Shown here piece after piece: positions 1 to 9,832 of a DNA stretch of 64,000 bases. Below the pieces are notes generated by a model. The model saw only the letters and a program-made list of their open reading frames with translations, searched no databases and was not told the origin of the DNA. The DNA lies in the UHGV virus genome UHGV-0057547; one strand, given 5' to 3'. This DNA is from a virus. Every line of letters begins with the position of its first letter. Position 1 is the first letter of the stretch. The position numbers and the translations under genes are program-made.

Positions 1-462
1 CTTAAGTTTACCTTCAAATTTACTTGCTAACATTACTTGATGTTGTTGTATTAAATTAGGTATAGCTTTATTAACTCCTTTTACATCCATTCCTATTTTC
101 AATGATTTTGTAAATAAACCTATACAGAATTCCTTATTAGTATCAGTTTGTTTATCGCAAAATTCTCTTACAATAGCAATATCTATATCTCTACCACTAT
201 TATGTGCTTTTAAGTATTCCATAACCTCTCTAATTGTATCTAATTTAAGTTTATCATCTTTTAATGGTATATTTTTATTTATTTTTTTCTTACTTAATCC
301 AGTGACTATATCACTATCTAATAAAAACTTCAAACATTCTATAAATAATTCATTATCTTTATTCCATCTAACTATTTTAATTTTGTCATTTTTACCACTA
401 ATTTTAGTTATTAAATTAAATATTTCCACAACTTCTTTTAAATTTTCCATATCTTCTCTCCT
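1..462 (-). CDS. hypothetical protein, N-terminal part only (C-terminus lies beyond window start)
   Basis: Minus-strand open frame from ATG at 462 (RBS GGAGAGAAG) running off the window edge; translation begins MENLKEVVEIFNLITK and ends VMLASKFEGKLK. Faint resemblance to the N-terminal region of ATP-dependent ligases, not secure. Confidence 0.35.
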
Positions 463-522
463 TATCTATCTATTATTGATTATACTAAAATTCTTATCAA
501 AAGTCAATGTTCTTTAAAAAAT

Positions 523-1386
523 TTATATTTTTCTTTTTAAGTTATATACAGAATATACATTTGCTTTTATATTCATATTGTTTAATAAACCTTTAATTTG
601 TTTTTCACTTAATTCAATTCCAGTTTCAAGTTCAAAGTTTTTGATTTTATCTGCAACATAAGAATTATATAAAGAAGTAGTTGATATTCCTTCAACATCT
701 ATTCTTCTTAATATTCTGTTTATTTTATCTCTACCTGCATTTTCTTTAATTCTATCTAATCCATCATTGTTAAATTTATTTTTTCTATTTTTCCATAGGT
801 ATGGATTGCTTTCATTATAGTAGTAGTAATCATAATTACTTTTTTCTTTAACATACATTTTATATCCACGTTCTTTAGATGCTTTATCAATTATTCCCAT
901 AGTATAATCATCTAAAACTATTTTTTTATCTTCTAATTTTATTTCATTTTTTTCAACATTAATATTATCCATTTTTATATTAATGATTTCTTCACCTTTT
1001 AATCCATTTCTTAATAATAGTACTATAGCTTTATCTAAATAGTTTTCAAATACATTAACGCCCATTATAACTTCTTCATAAGGGATATATCTTAATGTTC
1101 CATTTTCTATATCTAATAAGTCATTTTTATTTATATCTCTATATACTTTATTTCCTATAAATATTAAATATTTTTTTAATAAACTCCATTTAACTGCTAA
1201 TGTATTATATTTTCTACAGTCTAAAGAAGATAACATGTTTATACAGTCTTCTTTATTCCAATCTTCTATTGTTCTATTTATTGTTGTTTCATGTGCTTCT
1301 ATATTTTTGAATAATGTAACATATGATTTTCTAGTACTTTCACTCATTTCTTTTTCTTTTAAAAATCTACTTATATTAGTTTCCAT
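523..1386 (-). CDS. integrase-like protein (SAM-like N-terminal domain, degenerate catalytic domain)
   Basis: ORF track; paralogous to the next ORF (shared WSLLKKY..FIGNK motif); LLLRNGLKGEEI resembles the first catalytic Arg box of tyrosine recombinases, but no HxxR..Y motif is found. Confidence 0.45.
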   Translation of the reverse strand: METNISRFLKEKEMSESTRKSYVTLFKNIEAHETTINRTIEDWNKEDCINMLSSLDCRKYNTLAVKWSLLKKYLIFIGNKVYRDINKNDLLDIENGTLRYIPYEEVIMGVNVFENYLDKAIVLLLRNGLKGEEIINIKMDNINVEKNEIKLEDKKIVLDDYTMGIIDKASKERGYKMYVKEKSNYDYYYYNESNPYLWKNRKNKFNNDGLDRIKENAGRDKINRILRRIDVEGISTTSLYNSYVADKIKNFELETGIELSEKQIKGLLNNMNIKANVYSVYNLKRKI

Positions 1387-1406
1387 AACATCTCTTCTCC
1401 TTTTTA

Positions 1407-2288
1407 TTAATTATTTGCCTTTTGTTTGGTCATATTTCTAATATCATAAACATTTTTTGTAATACCAAATTCATATTTTAAATAATCCCTTAGTTCACTT
1501 TGAGTTAAATTTCTTTCTATTTTATGTTGATGTTCAATTACTTTATCAACTACATAACTAAGGGTAAGGTTGCTTAATATGATAGTGTTATCATTTAATT
1601 CCTCTTTTATTTTTTGAAGTCTACCTCTCATGCCACTTATTTTTAAATGTGATAATCCATCATTAGTCCATTTGGTTCTTCTAGTCTTAAATAGATATTC
1701 ACTATCCATATTGTATACTATTATTTTTTCATAGCTCCCTAGTGCCACATATTCTTTTTCTTCTGTTGCTCTTTTAACTAGATACATTGTATAGTCATCT
1801 ATTCTCTTATTATATATCATATTTCTTTTAAAATCAATATCTTTTACTTTTAATTTTACTAAATCTTCTGCTTCAAATTTCATTCCTATACCATTTCTAG
1901 CTAAAAATAATAATGCTTTATCAGAATAGTTTTCCAATTTGCTGACTAGTTTTATTAAATCTTCTTTATAGATATATCTTTTTTCTTCATACTCTTTATT
2001 GATTTCTATGATTTTATTCAAATCTTTTTTTGTAATTAATTTTATATTTTTATTTCCTATGAAGTCATAATACTTTTTTAGTAAACTCCATCTGCTATTA
2101 ATAGAATTGTATGTACCCTTATCTATGCAATGATTAAGTAATAATATAAATTCTTCTTTACTTTTAATATCTTCTATGTTTTTATTCAATACTTTTTCTA
2201 ATTCTATCATTTTTGCAAATAGACTTTCATACATGTTATATGTATTTTCATTATTAATTGTTGCTAAAAATATTTCTCTATACTTCAT
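1407..2288 (-). CDS. integrase-like protein paralog (probably catalytically inactive)
   Basis: ORF track; real start probably ATG at 2288 (MKYREIF) after GGAGTGAT. LFLARNGIGMKFEAEDL Arg box present, HxxR/Y not evident. Confidence 0.45.
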   Translation of the reverse strand: MKYREIFLATINNENTYNMYESLFAKMIELEKVLNKNIEDIKSKEEFILLLNHCIDKGTYNSINSRWSLLKKYYDFIGNKNIKLITKKDLNKIIEINKEYEEKRYIYKEDLIKLVSKLENYSDKALLFLARNGIGMKFEAEDLVKLKVKDIDFKRNMIYNKRIDDYTMYLVKRATEEKEYVALGSYEKIIVYNMDSEYLFKTRRTKWTNDGLSHLKISGMRGRLQKIKEELNDNTIILSNLTLSYVVDKVIEHQHKIERNLTQSELRDYLKYEFGITKNVYDIRNMTKQKANN

Positions 2289-2451
2289 GTATATCACTCC
2301 TTTTATATTTTATCTATATTATAGACAAAATTTAGAAGAATATACAAAATGATAAAGATTTTTTATTTTTTATCTTATTTACTTATATTATACTACTGAT
2401 ATTATTAAAAGTCAATAAAAAAAGAGAGAAAATTTTCTCTCATTTTAAAAT

Positions 2452-3384
2452 CTATAAATCAAATATATTTATTTTTTGCATAGATTCTTGTATATCTTTA
2501 CGTTGTTGTATATAGAATTTTTGTGATGTTGAAATATTCGAATGTCCAAGCGTATCTTTTATTTCTTGTAAAGTAATATTTGGATTTTCTCCCATTTTTG
2601 TACCTATTGTATGTCTTACATTATGAAAATGAACTCTAGGAACTCCAGCTATATCGCAACAGTCATACCAAACATTTCTTATACCTTGCTCAGTTAATTT
2701 TTCGCCATTTCTATTTGTAAATAAATATTCTCTATTTGGATTATATAATACTAATTTTTTTATAAGTTCAGCAACTTCATTATTACAATTTGTACTACGA
2801 CCAATATGACCTTTATTACCTTTAGAACGTACCATTATTTTATTGTTATCTTCTAATTTTAAATCTTCTATTTTTATTCTACTCATTTCTCCAATTCTTA
2901 ATGCAGTTGAAAATACTAATTTTACAATTACTTTATTTCTTAAATTTATATAATTACTATGACAGTTAAATTCTTCTTTATCTGTTGCTTGTAATATTGC
3001 TTTTATAATATCATCACTAAATGCTTTATCTCCTTTATAATCATTTTCCCCTTTTTCATTAACTTTAGGAAATCTATATAGACAATTATCATCTAATAAT
3101 CCTTCATTGACTAAGAAATTATAAAAACTACTCATTTGTTTTATTTTTTTATTTATTGTTGCTATTGATATATCACTTTCATCTTTTTGTTTATCTACCC
3201 ATTTAAACCAAAATTCCTTATCCATATTAACAAATTCATTAACTTCATTTATTTTTTCATCTTTGACAAATTTTTGTAGTGTACTAACATAACTTTTAAT
3301 TGTAGCTTCACTTTTGTTTAATAAATTTAAATATTTCACATATTTAAAAATGCAATTATCCATACTCATATTTTTATCTAACAT
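2452..3384 (-). CDS. tyrosine recombinase / phage integrase
   Basis: ALRIGE Arg box, HFHNVRHT (HxxR) and LGHSNISTSQKFY (H..Y) catalytic motifs; start ATG 3384 after GGAGTGG. Confidence 0.7.
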   Translation of the reverse strand: MLDKNMSMDNCIFKYVKYLNLLNKSEATIKSYVSTLQKFVKDEKINEVNEFVNMDKEFWFKWVDKQKDESDISIATINKKIKQMSSFYNFLVNEGLLDDNCLYRFPKVNEKGENDYKGDKAFSDDIIKAILQATDKEEFNCHSNYINLRNKVIVKLVFSTALRIGEMSRIKIEDLKLEDNNKIMVRSKGNKGHIGRSTNCNNEVAELIKKLVLYNPNREYLFTNRNGEKLTEQGIRNVWYDCCDIAGVPRVHFHNVRHTIGTKMGENPNITLQEIKDTLGHSNISTSQKFYIQQRKDIQESMQKINIFDL

Positions 3385-3447
3385 ATAAACCACTCCTTTA
3401 TTTATTTATATAATAATTGTAACATAAAGTTTATATAATGTCAATCA

Positions 3448-3609
3448 TTATTTGAAAATTCTTTTTACTTTTATATTCCTTTCTTTACAATAAGGGCAAT
3501 ATGATATTTCGATTTTATAAATTTTATCTTCGGTATATAATTTATAATATGTTTTATCTTTTGCTATATAAGTTATTAGACAATCTTTACATCTTCTTAT
3601 ATTAAACAT
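3448..3609 (-). CDS. small zinc-ribbon protein (53 aa)
   Basis: Unlisted short ORF MFNIRRCKDCL...YCPYCKERNIKV with two CxxC pairs, RBS GGAGTGGGTG, own promoter and terminator. Confidence 0.4.
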   Translation of the reverse strand: MFNIRRCKDCLITYIAKDKTYYKLYTEDKIYKIEISYCPYCKERNIKVKRIFK

Positions 3610-3718
3610 TCAATCACCCACTCCTTAATTATTTATTTTATACTTATATTATACTATTGATATTATATAAAGTCAATAGAATTCATAAAAAAACTAGAGA
3701 AAATTTTCTCTAGTCATT

Positions 3719-4093
3719 TTACTTTAACAAATCTTCATTCTCATATATGTTTCCCACAACTTCAACATCACCAAAATACATATAAATATATAAACTATCT
3801 TCCCATTTCCCTTCATTTACAACACGATATTCACCATTGGTATATTTTACATATAAATTGGCTTCTCCATCGTCAAGTTTAACTTTTAATATATCACCTT
3901 CATATATTTCTTTTCCGTTTTTATCTTTTAAATTTGTATATTGCATTAATCTACAAACATATGAATACGTAGCTCTCCAACGTCTACATTCTTCATCTTC
4001 CATACCAACCTCATAATCATTTAATCCTATAAAATTAACAGTTGCCATTTCTTGTTTTTCAGTATCCCATGCTCTAAATTTAAATTCTCTCAT
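3719..4093 (-). CDS. hypothetical protein
   Basis: ORF track; start ATG 4093 (MREFKF) after GGTGATGAAT; flanked by a consensus promoter and a terminator. Confidence 0.5.
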   Translation of the reverse strand: MREFKFRAWDTEKQEMATVNFIGLNDYEVGMEDEECRRWRATYSYVCRLMQYTNLKDKNGKEIYEGDILKVKLDDGEANLYVKYTNGEYRVVNEGKWEDSLYIYMYFGDVEVVGNIYENEDLLK

Positions 4094-4105
4094 ATTCATC
4101 ACCTA

Positions 4106-4660
4106 TTAATAATTTCCTAAATCTTCTTTTAGATTTTTTATTATTTTCTCAAGAAATGCTAATTCTTTTGTTATATTTTCTCTTTCTACTTTTAATTCAC
4201 CCATTCTTTTCTTTTTACAACAAATTTCTAATCCAATTTCAGGATTAAAAATATCAGTTCTATGACATTTGGTTTTAAAAATATTGAAACTATTATCTAT
4301 CACTATTACTTCAGGATTATTTATTATCACCACTTTAGCCCATTCTCTATTCGTAATCCAAAACTTATTTAGAAAATCATAAGGACAATCATCACCTAGT
4401 TTATATATTTCCATTTTATTAATTTTTGTCATAGGTTCTAGCATGCTCTTGCTAAAGCAGTATGGATTATAATAATCATCAGAATCAAGTTTTATTATAT
4501 ATCTAATACGTTCTTCGTTTCTTGATATCCTTACGATTTCTCCTACTTTACCTAAAGTATCCTTCATGTTACTTATGAATTTACACCCATCGTCATAAAA
4601 TGTATCAACTATTAAGTCATTTTTAACTCTCACTTTATCTCCAATTTTGAATTTTTCCAT
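4106..4660 (-). CDS. hypothetical protein
   Basis: ORF track, 184 aa, tightly packed behind the upstream gene. Confidence 0.5.
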   Translation of the reverse strand: MEKFKIGDKVRVKNDLIVDTFYDDGCKFISNMKDTLGKVGEIVRISRNEERIRYIIKLDSDDYYNPYCFSKSMLEPMTKINKMEIYKLGDDCPYDFLNKFWITNREWAKVVIINNPEVIVIDNSFNIFKTKCHRTDIFNPEIGLEICCKKKRMGELKVERENITKELAFLEKIIKNLKEDLGNY

Positions 4661-4681
4661 TTTACCATCTCCTTTATTTTT

Positions 4682-5242
4682 TTAAGATAATTCTAAACAT
4701 TTATGTTTTATTTTTTTAACCGCTCTATTGAAAATTTGATTTACATTTTGTTTTGATAAATGTAATATTTTACCCATTTCCTCAAACGTATAACCAGCTA
4801 AGAACAATCTTATAATTTGTCCACTTCTTTCACTTATTAAATCAGCATATTTTATTATTTCTTTAACTAAATCTTTTTCTATAATTTTATCTTCCAAATT
4901 ATAATCATATTCTATTAATTCTAATAATGTTTTACTTTCTTCTTCATGAACAATTTTTCTATCCAAACTATCAACAGTTGCATCTCCTCTTCTTTTCATT
5001 GTATTTTTATTTTGATAAAATTTTTTACAACTCCATTTAATAGAATTTTCTATAAAAACAGATTTTCCCATTACTTCATCTAATTTATCTAGGTCTTTTA
5101 ATAGATTTAATATTATTTCTGATTTCAAATCTTCAAGACCAAAATAATTATTCTTTGCATTGTTATAATAAAACATTCTTGCATATTTATCTATCAGCAT
5201 TTCATAATCATTTATTATGTTAACCTTTAATTCATTATTCAT
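4682..5242 (-). CDS. sigma-70 family sigma factor (small ECF/TcdR-like)
   Basis: Region-2-like and C-terminal region-4 HTH (ILHLSKQNVNQIFNRAVKKI); start ATG 5242 after GGAGATGGGG; E1 structured element in the 5' leader. Confidence 0.55.
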   Translation of the reverse strand: MNNELKVNIINDYEMLIDKYARMFYYNNAKNNYFGLEDLKSEIILNLLKDLDKLDEVMGKSVFIENSIKWSCKKFYQNKNTMKRRGDATVDSLDRKIVHEEESKTLLELIEYDYNLEDKIIEKDLVKEIIKYADLISERSGQIIRLFLAGYTFEEMGKILHLSKQNVNQIFNRAVKKIKHKCLELS

Positions 5243-5294
5243 ATACCCCATCTCCATTTATAATTTTTATTTTTCTAATATGTATTCTACTATA

Positions 5295-5408
5295 GTTTCA
5301 ATGCTTACATTTAAGCTTCCCTATTCAACATATCCTCTTTCACCTAATGGCTACTTGAGTTTGTGTGATACTCCCAGGGCGTAAATTCGGGTTTGAACAT
5401 CCCTACAT
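5295..5408 (-). ncRNA. E element copy 1 (structured leader RNA, TnpB right-end / omega-RNA-like)
   Basis: ~115-nt element between the promoter (5444-5472) and the sigma gene start. Identical to copy 2 and ~80% to copies 3-6. Compensatory substitutions in two hairpins between copies. Confidence 0.5.
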
Positions 5409-5443
5409 ATTAATTTTTTATTTTTATTATCTTATTTACTTAT

Positions 5444-5472
5444 ATTATACTATTGCTATTATTAAAAGTCAA
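5444..5472 (-). promoter_or_regulatory. consensus sigma-A promoter (-35 TTGACT, 17 nt, -10 TATAAT)
   Basis: Reverse complement reads TTGACTTTTAATAATAGCAATAGTATAAT. Confidence 0.6.
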
Positions 5473-5482
5473 TAATTATTTA

Positions 5483-5509
5483 AAAAAATTAAGGAGAAAA
5501 TCTCTCCTT
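5483..5509 (-). terminator. intrinsic terminator (hairpin AAGGAGAGATTTTCTCCTT plus T-run)
   Basis: Perfect inverted repeat immediately after the stop of 5508..5756, followed by TTTTTTT on the minus strand. Confidence 0.55.
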
Positions 5510-5756
5510 AATCTTCATCAACAGTAAGTTTTGCATTAGGCATGAAAACTAAAACTAAAAACCAAAACAATCCGTTTAATCCATTGCTATCATTTAACAT
5601 AGGTGCTAGCCAATTTAACCAAGGAATACCATTGACATTTACATTAACTATGTCTAGTATCCAAATTACATAAATTGCCATCTTAACTAAACTAACTAAA
5701 GTATTAAATAAAAAACATATAAAAATATTTCTATATTTCATTCTCATCCTCTCCAA
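5508..5756 (-). CDS. small membrane protein
   Basis: ORF track; two hydrophobic segments; overlaps the upstream ORF by 26 nt, so the start is uncertain. Confidence 0.35.
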   Translation of the reverse strand: MERMRMKYRNIFICFLFNTLVSLVKMAIYVIWILDIVNVNVNGIPWLNWLAPMLNDSNGLNGLFWFLVLVFMPNAKLTVDED

Positions 5757-6120
5757 TCTCTTTTAAATAATTTCCAAACTCAATAAAAACTTTCAAATCT
5801 CTTAAAGATTCATCGATATAATTAGAAGTTTTTATACTTACTTTTTCTAAGTTTTCATTTTCACATCTTAATTTATCTATTTCATATTCAATTCTATCAT
5901 TCTTCTCATCAATTGGTTCAGAATAATATACATCAATTATATAGGGAACTTTATAATCAACTCTAATCTTCAATCCTTCTATCTTTCCATTTACAATATG
6001 ATTTTGTAAATGTTTAATAGCTTCTCTACCTATTGTAACCTTATTACAACGTTTACTATGTGTCATATTATATAATTTAATGTTAACTATTAATTCATCA
6101 TAATAACTATATTCCTTCAT
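5731..6120 (-). CDS. hypothetical protein
   Basis: ORF track, 129 aa. Confidence 0.45.
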   Translation of the reverse strand: MKEYSYYDELIVNIKLYNMTHSKRCNKVTIGREAIKHLQNHIVNGKIEGLKIRVDYKVPYIIDVYYSEPIDEKNDRIEYEIDKLRCENENLEKVSIKTSNYIDESLRDLKVFIEFGNYLKEIGEDENEI

Positions 6121-6132
6121 AATATCACCATC

Positions 6133-6918
6133 CTAATCAGCAAATTTAAAAGATACTTTCATATCAGCTTTAGTACAACTAGCTTGAGCATTATATTTTT
6201 TATTTAATAGATTATATTTTATTGTATATTTGTTACAACCTAAAACTTTACAAGCTATTAAATAATTGTCAAATACTTTATGATAACCATCATTATTAAA
6301 TACAATTACTTCTTTATCTTCTATTTTATCACTTTCATCTTCATAATCATATTCATTAATACTTAATTGTTCTTTATTGTTTATTAATTCTTTTCTTAAT
6401 TTCATTATTAATTGTTGCACTCTTTGTTTACTTATTTCCATTTTACAACCTATTTCCTCATAGTTATAACCATTCATAAGCATTATAACTATATCATATA
6501 ATCTTTTATCTTTTAAATTTTTTATATAATTTAATATTTCATTTCTATAAATACCTGTAAAATCATCTAATCTTCCAACAGTTCTATCTCTAACTTTTTC
6601 GGTATCTTCATCCATACCTTCATTTTCATGAACTTTTCTTTCTCCACCTTTTTGAACATATTTATATAAATCATTATTAACAAAACTTAACATTTTATTT
6701 CTAATTGATTTTACAGCCAAAGTACTAAATTTTCCTTTACTTTCATCATAAGTTTTAATGACATTATATAAAGTTATCATTCCAATTTGTTTTAAATCAG
6801 CATATACATCATATTCAGATACAGTTGTATAGAAAAATCTTTGTATTACCCAATCCACTAAACTTTCATTTTCTATTAACATTTTTTCTATTCTTATTTC
6901 ATTTTCAAATTTTTCCAT
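6133..6918 (-). CDS. sigma-70 family sigma factor
   Basis: Region 2 (DLKQIGMITLYNVIKTYDESKGKFSTLAVKSIRNKM) and region 4 (EISKQRVQQLIMKLRKEL) signatures. Confidence 0.65.
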   Translation of the reverse strand: MEKFENEIRIEKMLIENESLVDWVIQRFFYTTVSEYDVYADLKQIGMITLYNVIKTYDESKGKFSTLAVKSIRNKMLSFVNNDLYKYVQKGGERKVHENEGMDEDTEKVRDRTVGRLDDFTGIYRNEILNYIKNLKDKRLYDIVIMLMNGYNYEEIGCKMEISKQRVQQLIMKLRKELINNKEQLSINEYDYEDESDKIEDKEVIVFNNDGYHKVFDNYLIACKVLGCNKYTIKYNLLNKKYNAQASCTKADMKVSFKFAD

Positions 6919-7016
6919 CTTTCATATCCCCCATTCTTTATCATATAATAATTATATTACATTTTTTATCTATTGTCAACAATTATCACCAACTTTATTT
7001 TTTATTTTTTTTTACT

Positions 7017-7763
7017 TTATTCCCTCCATTCAAAATTTATTTTCTTATTTAAAGTTTTACTTTTAGCACTTTTCCTTAATCCTTGACATATTTTCCTAAT
7101 AGAGTTCTTATCAATGCCTAAATCTTCACTAGCCATTTGAAGATTATCATAATTTTTATAAAATTTTCCATCTATAAAAGCTACAACACTTCCTTTACTT
7201 TTCCTAATTTCATGTTTAATATTAAATTTTTCTTTTAAGTTTTCTTTTATAAAAAACATTTTTTTATTTATAATACGATAATTATTATTTAATATTTCAC
7301 TTATTTCTTTTCCGTTGTATCCTCTTAGCATATAGTAAAATATTATATAATAATCTCCACCTAAATTCTTTACATATTGTAAATACATTTCAATGTATAA
7401 AATTGTTTCGTCATCATAATCACCCAACATATCTTCAAGAGTTAACTTTTCATCTTCTTTAGTTTGTATATCTTCATTAAGTGATAAAATATTTTTATTA
7501 TTTATTGTATGTTTTTTATTAATATAGGTTATAATAGAATTGTAAATGCATTTACTACAATAACAAATAAAGGATTTCTCATTGTTTATATTGTCAATAG
7601 GTCTATAAGTCTTATATGCTTTTACAATAGCTATTCTACCTTCTTGTAATAAATCATCATAATCATTGCTATAAATGAAATTTGAAAAATGTCTTTTGAT
7701 ATTTGATTTAATCAGATATTCATATTTGATTACAACTTCATTTATATCAATTGCGTTCTCCAT
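7017..7763 (-). CDS. sigma-factor-like regulator
   Basis: Region-2-like DLLQEGRIAIVKAYKTY and a C-terminal HTH-like segment. Confidence 0.5.
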   Translation of the reverse strand: MENAIDINEVVIKYEYLIKSNIKRHFSNFIYSNDYDDLLQEGRIAIVKAYKTYRPIDNINNEKSFICYCSKCIYNSIITYINKKHTINNKNILSLNEDIQTKEDEKLTLEDMLGDYDDETILYIEMYLQYVKNLGGDYYIIFYYMLRGYNGKEISEILNNNYRIINKKMFFIKENLKEKFNIKHEIRKSKGSVVAFIDGKFYKNYDNLQMASEDLGIDKNSIRKICQGLRKSAKSKTLNKKINFEWRE

Positions 7764-7870
7764 TTTTCAATTCCCCCTTTATTACTTTATTTACTTATAT
7801 TATACTATCATTCTTATTAAAAGTCAATAATAAAAAAAATAAAAAAGGAGAAAATTTTCTCCTTACAAAT

Positions 7871-8185
7871 TTATAAATAAGTTATTTCTAATCCTAAATT
7901 TTTAGCTACTCCTATAATCTGATATACTTCTTCATCCCTTTCAGGAAGTACATAAACTTCATCAGCAAAGGTTAATATTTTTAATGAATAATTTATCAAC
8001 TCATCCTTATCAATGTCCTTAGAAAGCCAACCAACGGCTTTCAATGGACTTATATATAATATATGTTTCCTTCCATTCTTTAAATCATCCCTAATCAATT
8101 CTCTAATTAAGGATTCAATTGCTTTTTCTTGTCCTTCCGTATTACTACCAGTAATAAATATAACCTTATAATCATCTAACTTCAT
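7871..8185 (-). CDS. DUF4406-like (nucleoside 2-deoxyribosyltransferase-fold) protein
   Basis: IFITGS N-terminus and ADEVYVLP..LGLEI C-terminus resemble the DUF4406 pattern (CDAIYMLPGWE..LGLEI). Confidence 0.35.
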   Translation of the reverse strand: MKLDDYKVIFITGSNTEGQEKAIESLIRELIRDDLKNGRKHILYISPLKAVGWLSKDIDKDELINYSLKILTFADEVYVLPERDEEVYQIIGVAKNLGLEITYL

Positions 8186-8197
8186 TATATCATCCCC

Positions 8198-8848
8198 TTA
8201 TAAATTAGTAGTTTTGTATCTAATTAATTTCATTGCCATGTCGTCAAGTTGTTGAAATGATTCTCTTAATGTTTTAGAAAAATATTGTTCTTTACCTAAT
8301 TCCTTTTCTCCTAATTGAACAGTGCTACCACTAAAATCAGTTTCTTCAAGTTCTTCATTTTCATTTAAACAGTTTACCATTTTATTATATGAAACATCAG
8401 TCATAATTAATACTTCTTTATATTGTATTTCAAATACTAATTTCCATTTTCTTTTATCCTCAGTTCCATTTTTATTAATTTTAAGTTTTAGGTAATCACT
8501 TACTTTATCTCTTATTGGTAATATTTCTATTAAACTTCTTTCAACAGATTTTTGTATATTATTGTATGTTCTATATATATTACTATCATTTTCCATATTC
8601 CTTATTAACCATTTTTCATGAGCTTTAACATGACATACGCCAAACATTATATTAAGTGAATGGTATAGCCATTTATTTTCTTTTTTACTTTGGTTTATTA
8701 TTATTCTTATTTTTGTTTTAAAACTATTTTCTTTTGCTATTCTTCTTGTGCCTTGATTACCATGTTGTTTATATTCTTCATAACTATCTAATTTTCTATA
8801 ATCTTTTCTTTCTTTTAAATTTACATTAGTTTCTAATTCTTTTTTCAC
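8198..8848 (-). CDS. hypothetical protein
   Basis: ORF track, 216 aa. Confidence 0.45.
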   Translation of the reverse strand: MKKELETNVNLKERKDYRKLDSYEEYKQHGNQGTRRIAKENSFKTKIRIIINQSKKENKWLYHSLNIMFGVCHVKAHEKWLIRNMENDSNIYRTYNNIQKSVERSLIEILPIRDKVSDYLKLKINKNGTEDKRKWKLVFEIQYKEVLIMTDVSYNKMVNCLNENEELEETDFSGSTVQLGEKELGKEQYFSKTLRESFQQLDDMAMKLIRYKTTNL

Positions 8849-8878
8849 AATATCTTCTCCCCTTTTTATAATTTATTT

Positions 8879-9250
8879 TTATTTTTTACTTTTACCTTTT
8901 CCTTTTAATTCGGATTCTTTTTCTTTTTCAGCTTTTTTTGATTTCTTAAGTTCTTCAAAATAAGTTGGTAATATTTGTTTCATTTTTTTTCTAAATTCTT
9001 TTGCAAAATATTCTTTAATTTCTTTAACTTCTTTTTCTACCTCTTTAGGAATTTCATCACTTACATCAATTTCATTTAATATACTTAAATGCAATTTTCC
9101 AAAGTCATTATTATATCTTGCACTTTCGGCTCTAGTTTCGCTAAATCTAACTAGATATTTGTTTGTGTATTCCTCATTGAAACAATATTTATATGCATCA
9201 ACTTGTCTGTCAACAAAGTTATCTAATTTTTCTTTATCACTTTTTTTCAT
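8879..9250 (-). CDS. hypothetical lysine-rich protein
   Basis: ORF track; start ATG 9250 after GGAGAGATGATT; E2 element in its leader. Confidence 0.45.
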   Translation of the reverse strand: MKKSDKEKLDNFVDRQVDAYKYCFNEEYTNKYLVRFSETRAESARYNNDFGKLHLSILNEIDVSDEIPKEVEKEVKEIKEYFAKEFRKKMKQILPTYFEELKKSKKAEKEKESELKGKGKSKK

Positions 9251-9339
9251 AATCATCTCTCCCTTTTTATAATTTTTTATATTTATTTTAATACTTGATT
9301 GTTATATTTGTATTATTCTTCTTCTTAGCTTATCGGTTT

Positions 9340-9454
9340 GTTTCAATGCTTACATTTAAGCTTCCCTATTCAACATATCCTCTTTCACCTAATGGCTACT
9401 TGAGTTTGTGTGATACTCCCAGGGCGTAAATTCGGGTTTGAACATCCCTACATA
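9340..9454 (-). ncRNA. E element copy 2
   Basis: Identical to copy 1; sits between promoter 9476-9530 and gene 8879..9250. Confidence 0.5.
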
Positions 9455-9672
9455 TTAATTTTTTATTTTTATTATCTTATTTACTTATATTATACTATTG
9501 CTATTATTAAAAGTCAAGTATTATTTTTATCTTATTTATTCGTCTACTTAGTTTCATGTTTGTTTTAGCATATGTTACATTTGTACGTAATCCATTTTTT
9601 AAATATAGAAGACTACTATCATGTTTCAGTGCTTGTTACACTTGTATGGAAAGACTACTAAAAAGACAATGG

Positions 9673-9788
9673 AGTTTCAGTGCTTTGACAAGCTTCCCTG
9701 TTCATCGTGTTCTTTTTCACTTTATATAAGCTACTCAAGTTTTTATAACACTCCAAGGGCGTAAATTCGGAACTGAACTTTCCTACAT
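9673..9788 (-). ncRNA. E element copy 3, directly 3' of tnpB (candidate right-end / omega-RNA scaffold)
   Basis: Begins ~45 nt after the tnpB stop, following a hairpin ACCGAATA..TATTCGGT, in the same orientation as tnpB. Its terminal ACAAGCACTGAAAC is duplicated 37 nt further on. Confidence 0.5.
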
Positions 9789-9832
9789 ACCGAATATATC
9801 TTGTTGGTGATTATTATTCGGTTTTATTATAT

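Noticed and set aside
302-517. Plus-strand ORF 302..517 and other short plus-strand ORFs in the 0-28 kb minus-strand block
   Set aside because: Antisense to better-supported genes, hydrophobic AT-codon artefacts (I/L/F/K-rich), no RBS.
5295-5408. E elements as tRNA, riboswitch or T-box leaders
   Set aside because: No cloverleaf or known riboswitch consensus, and there is one next to both tnpB genes. A cis-regulatory leader role cannot be excluded.
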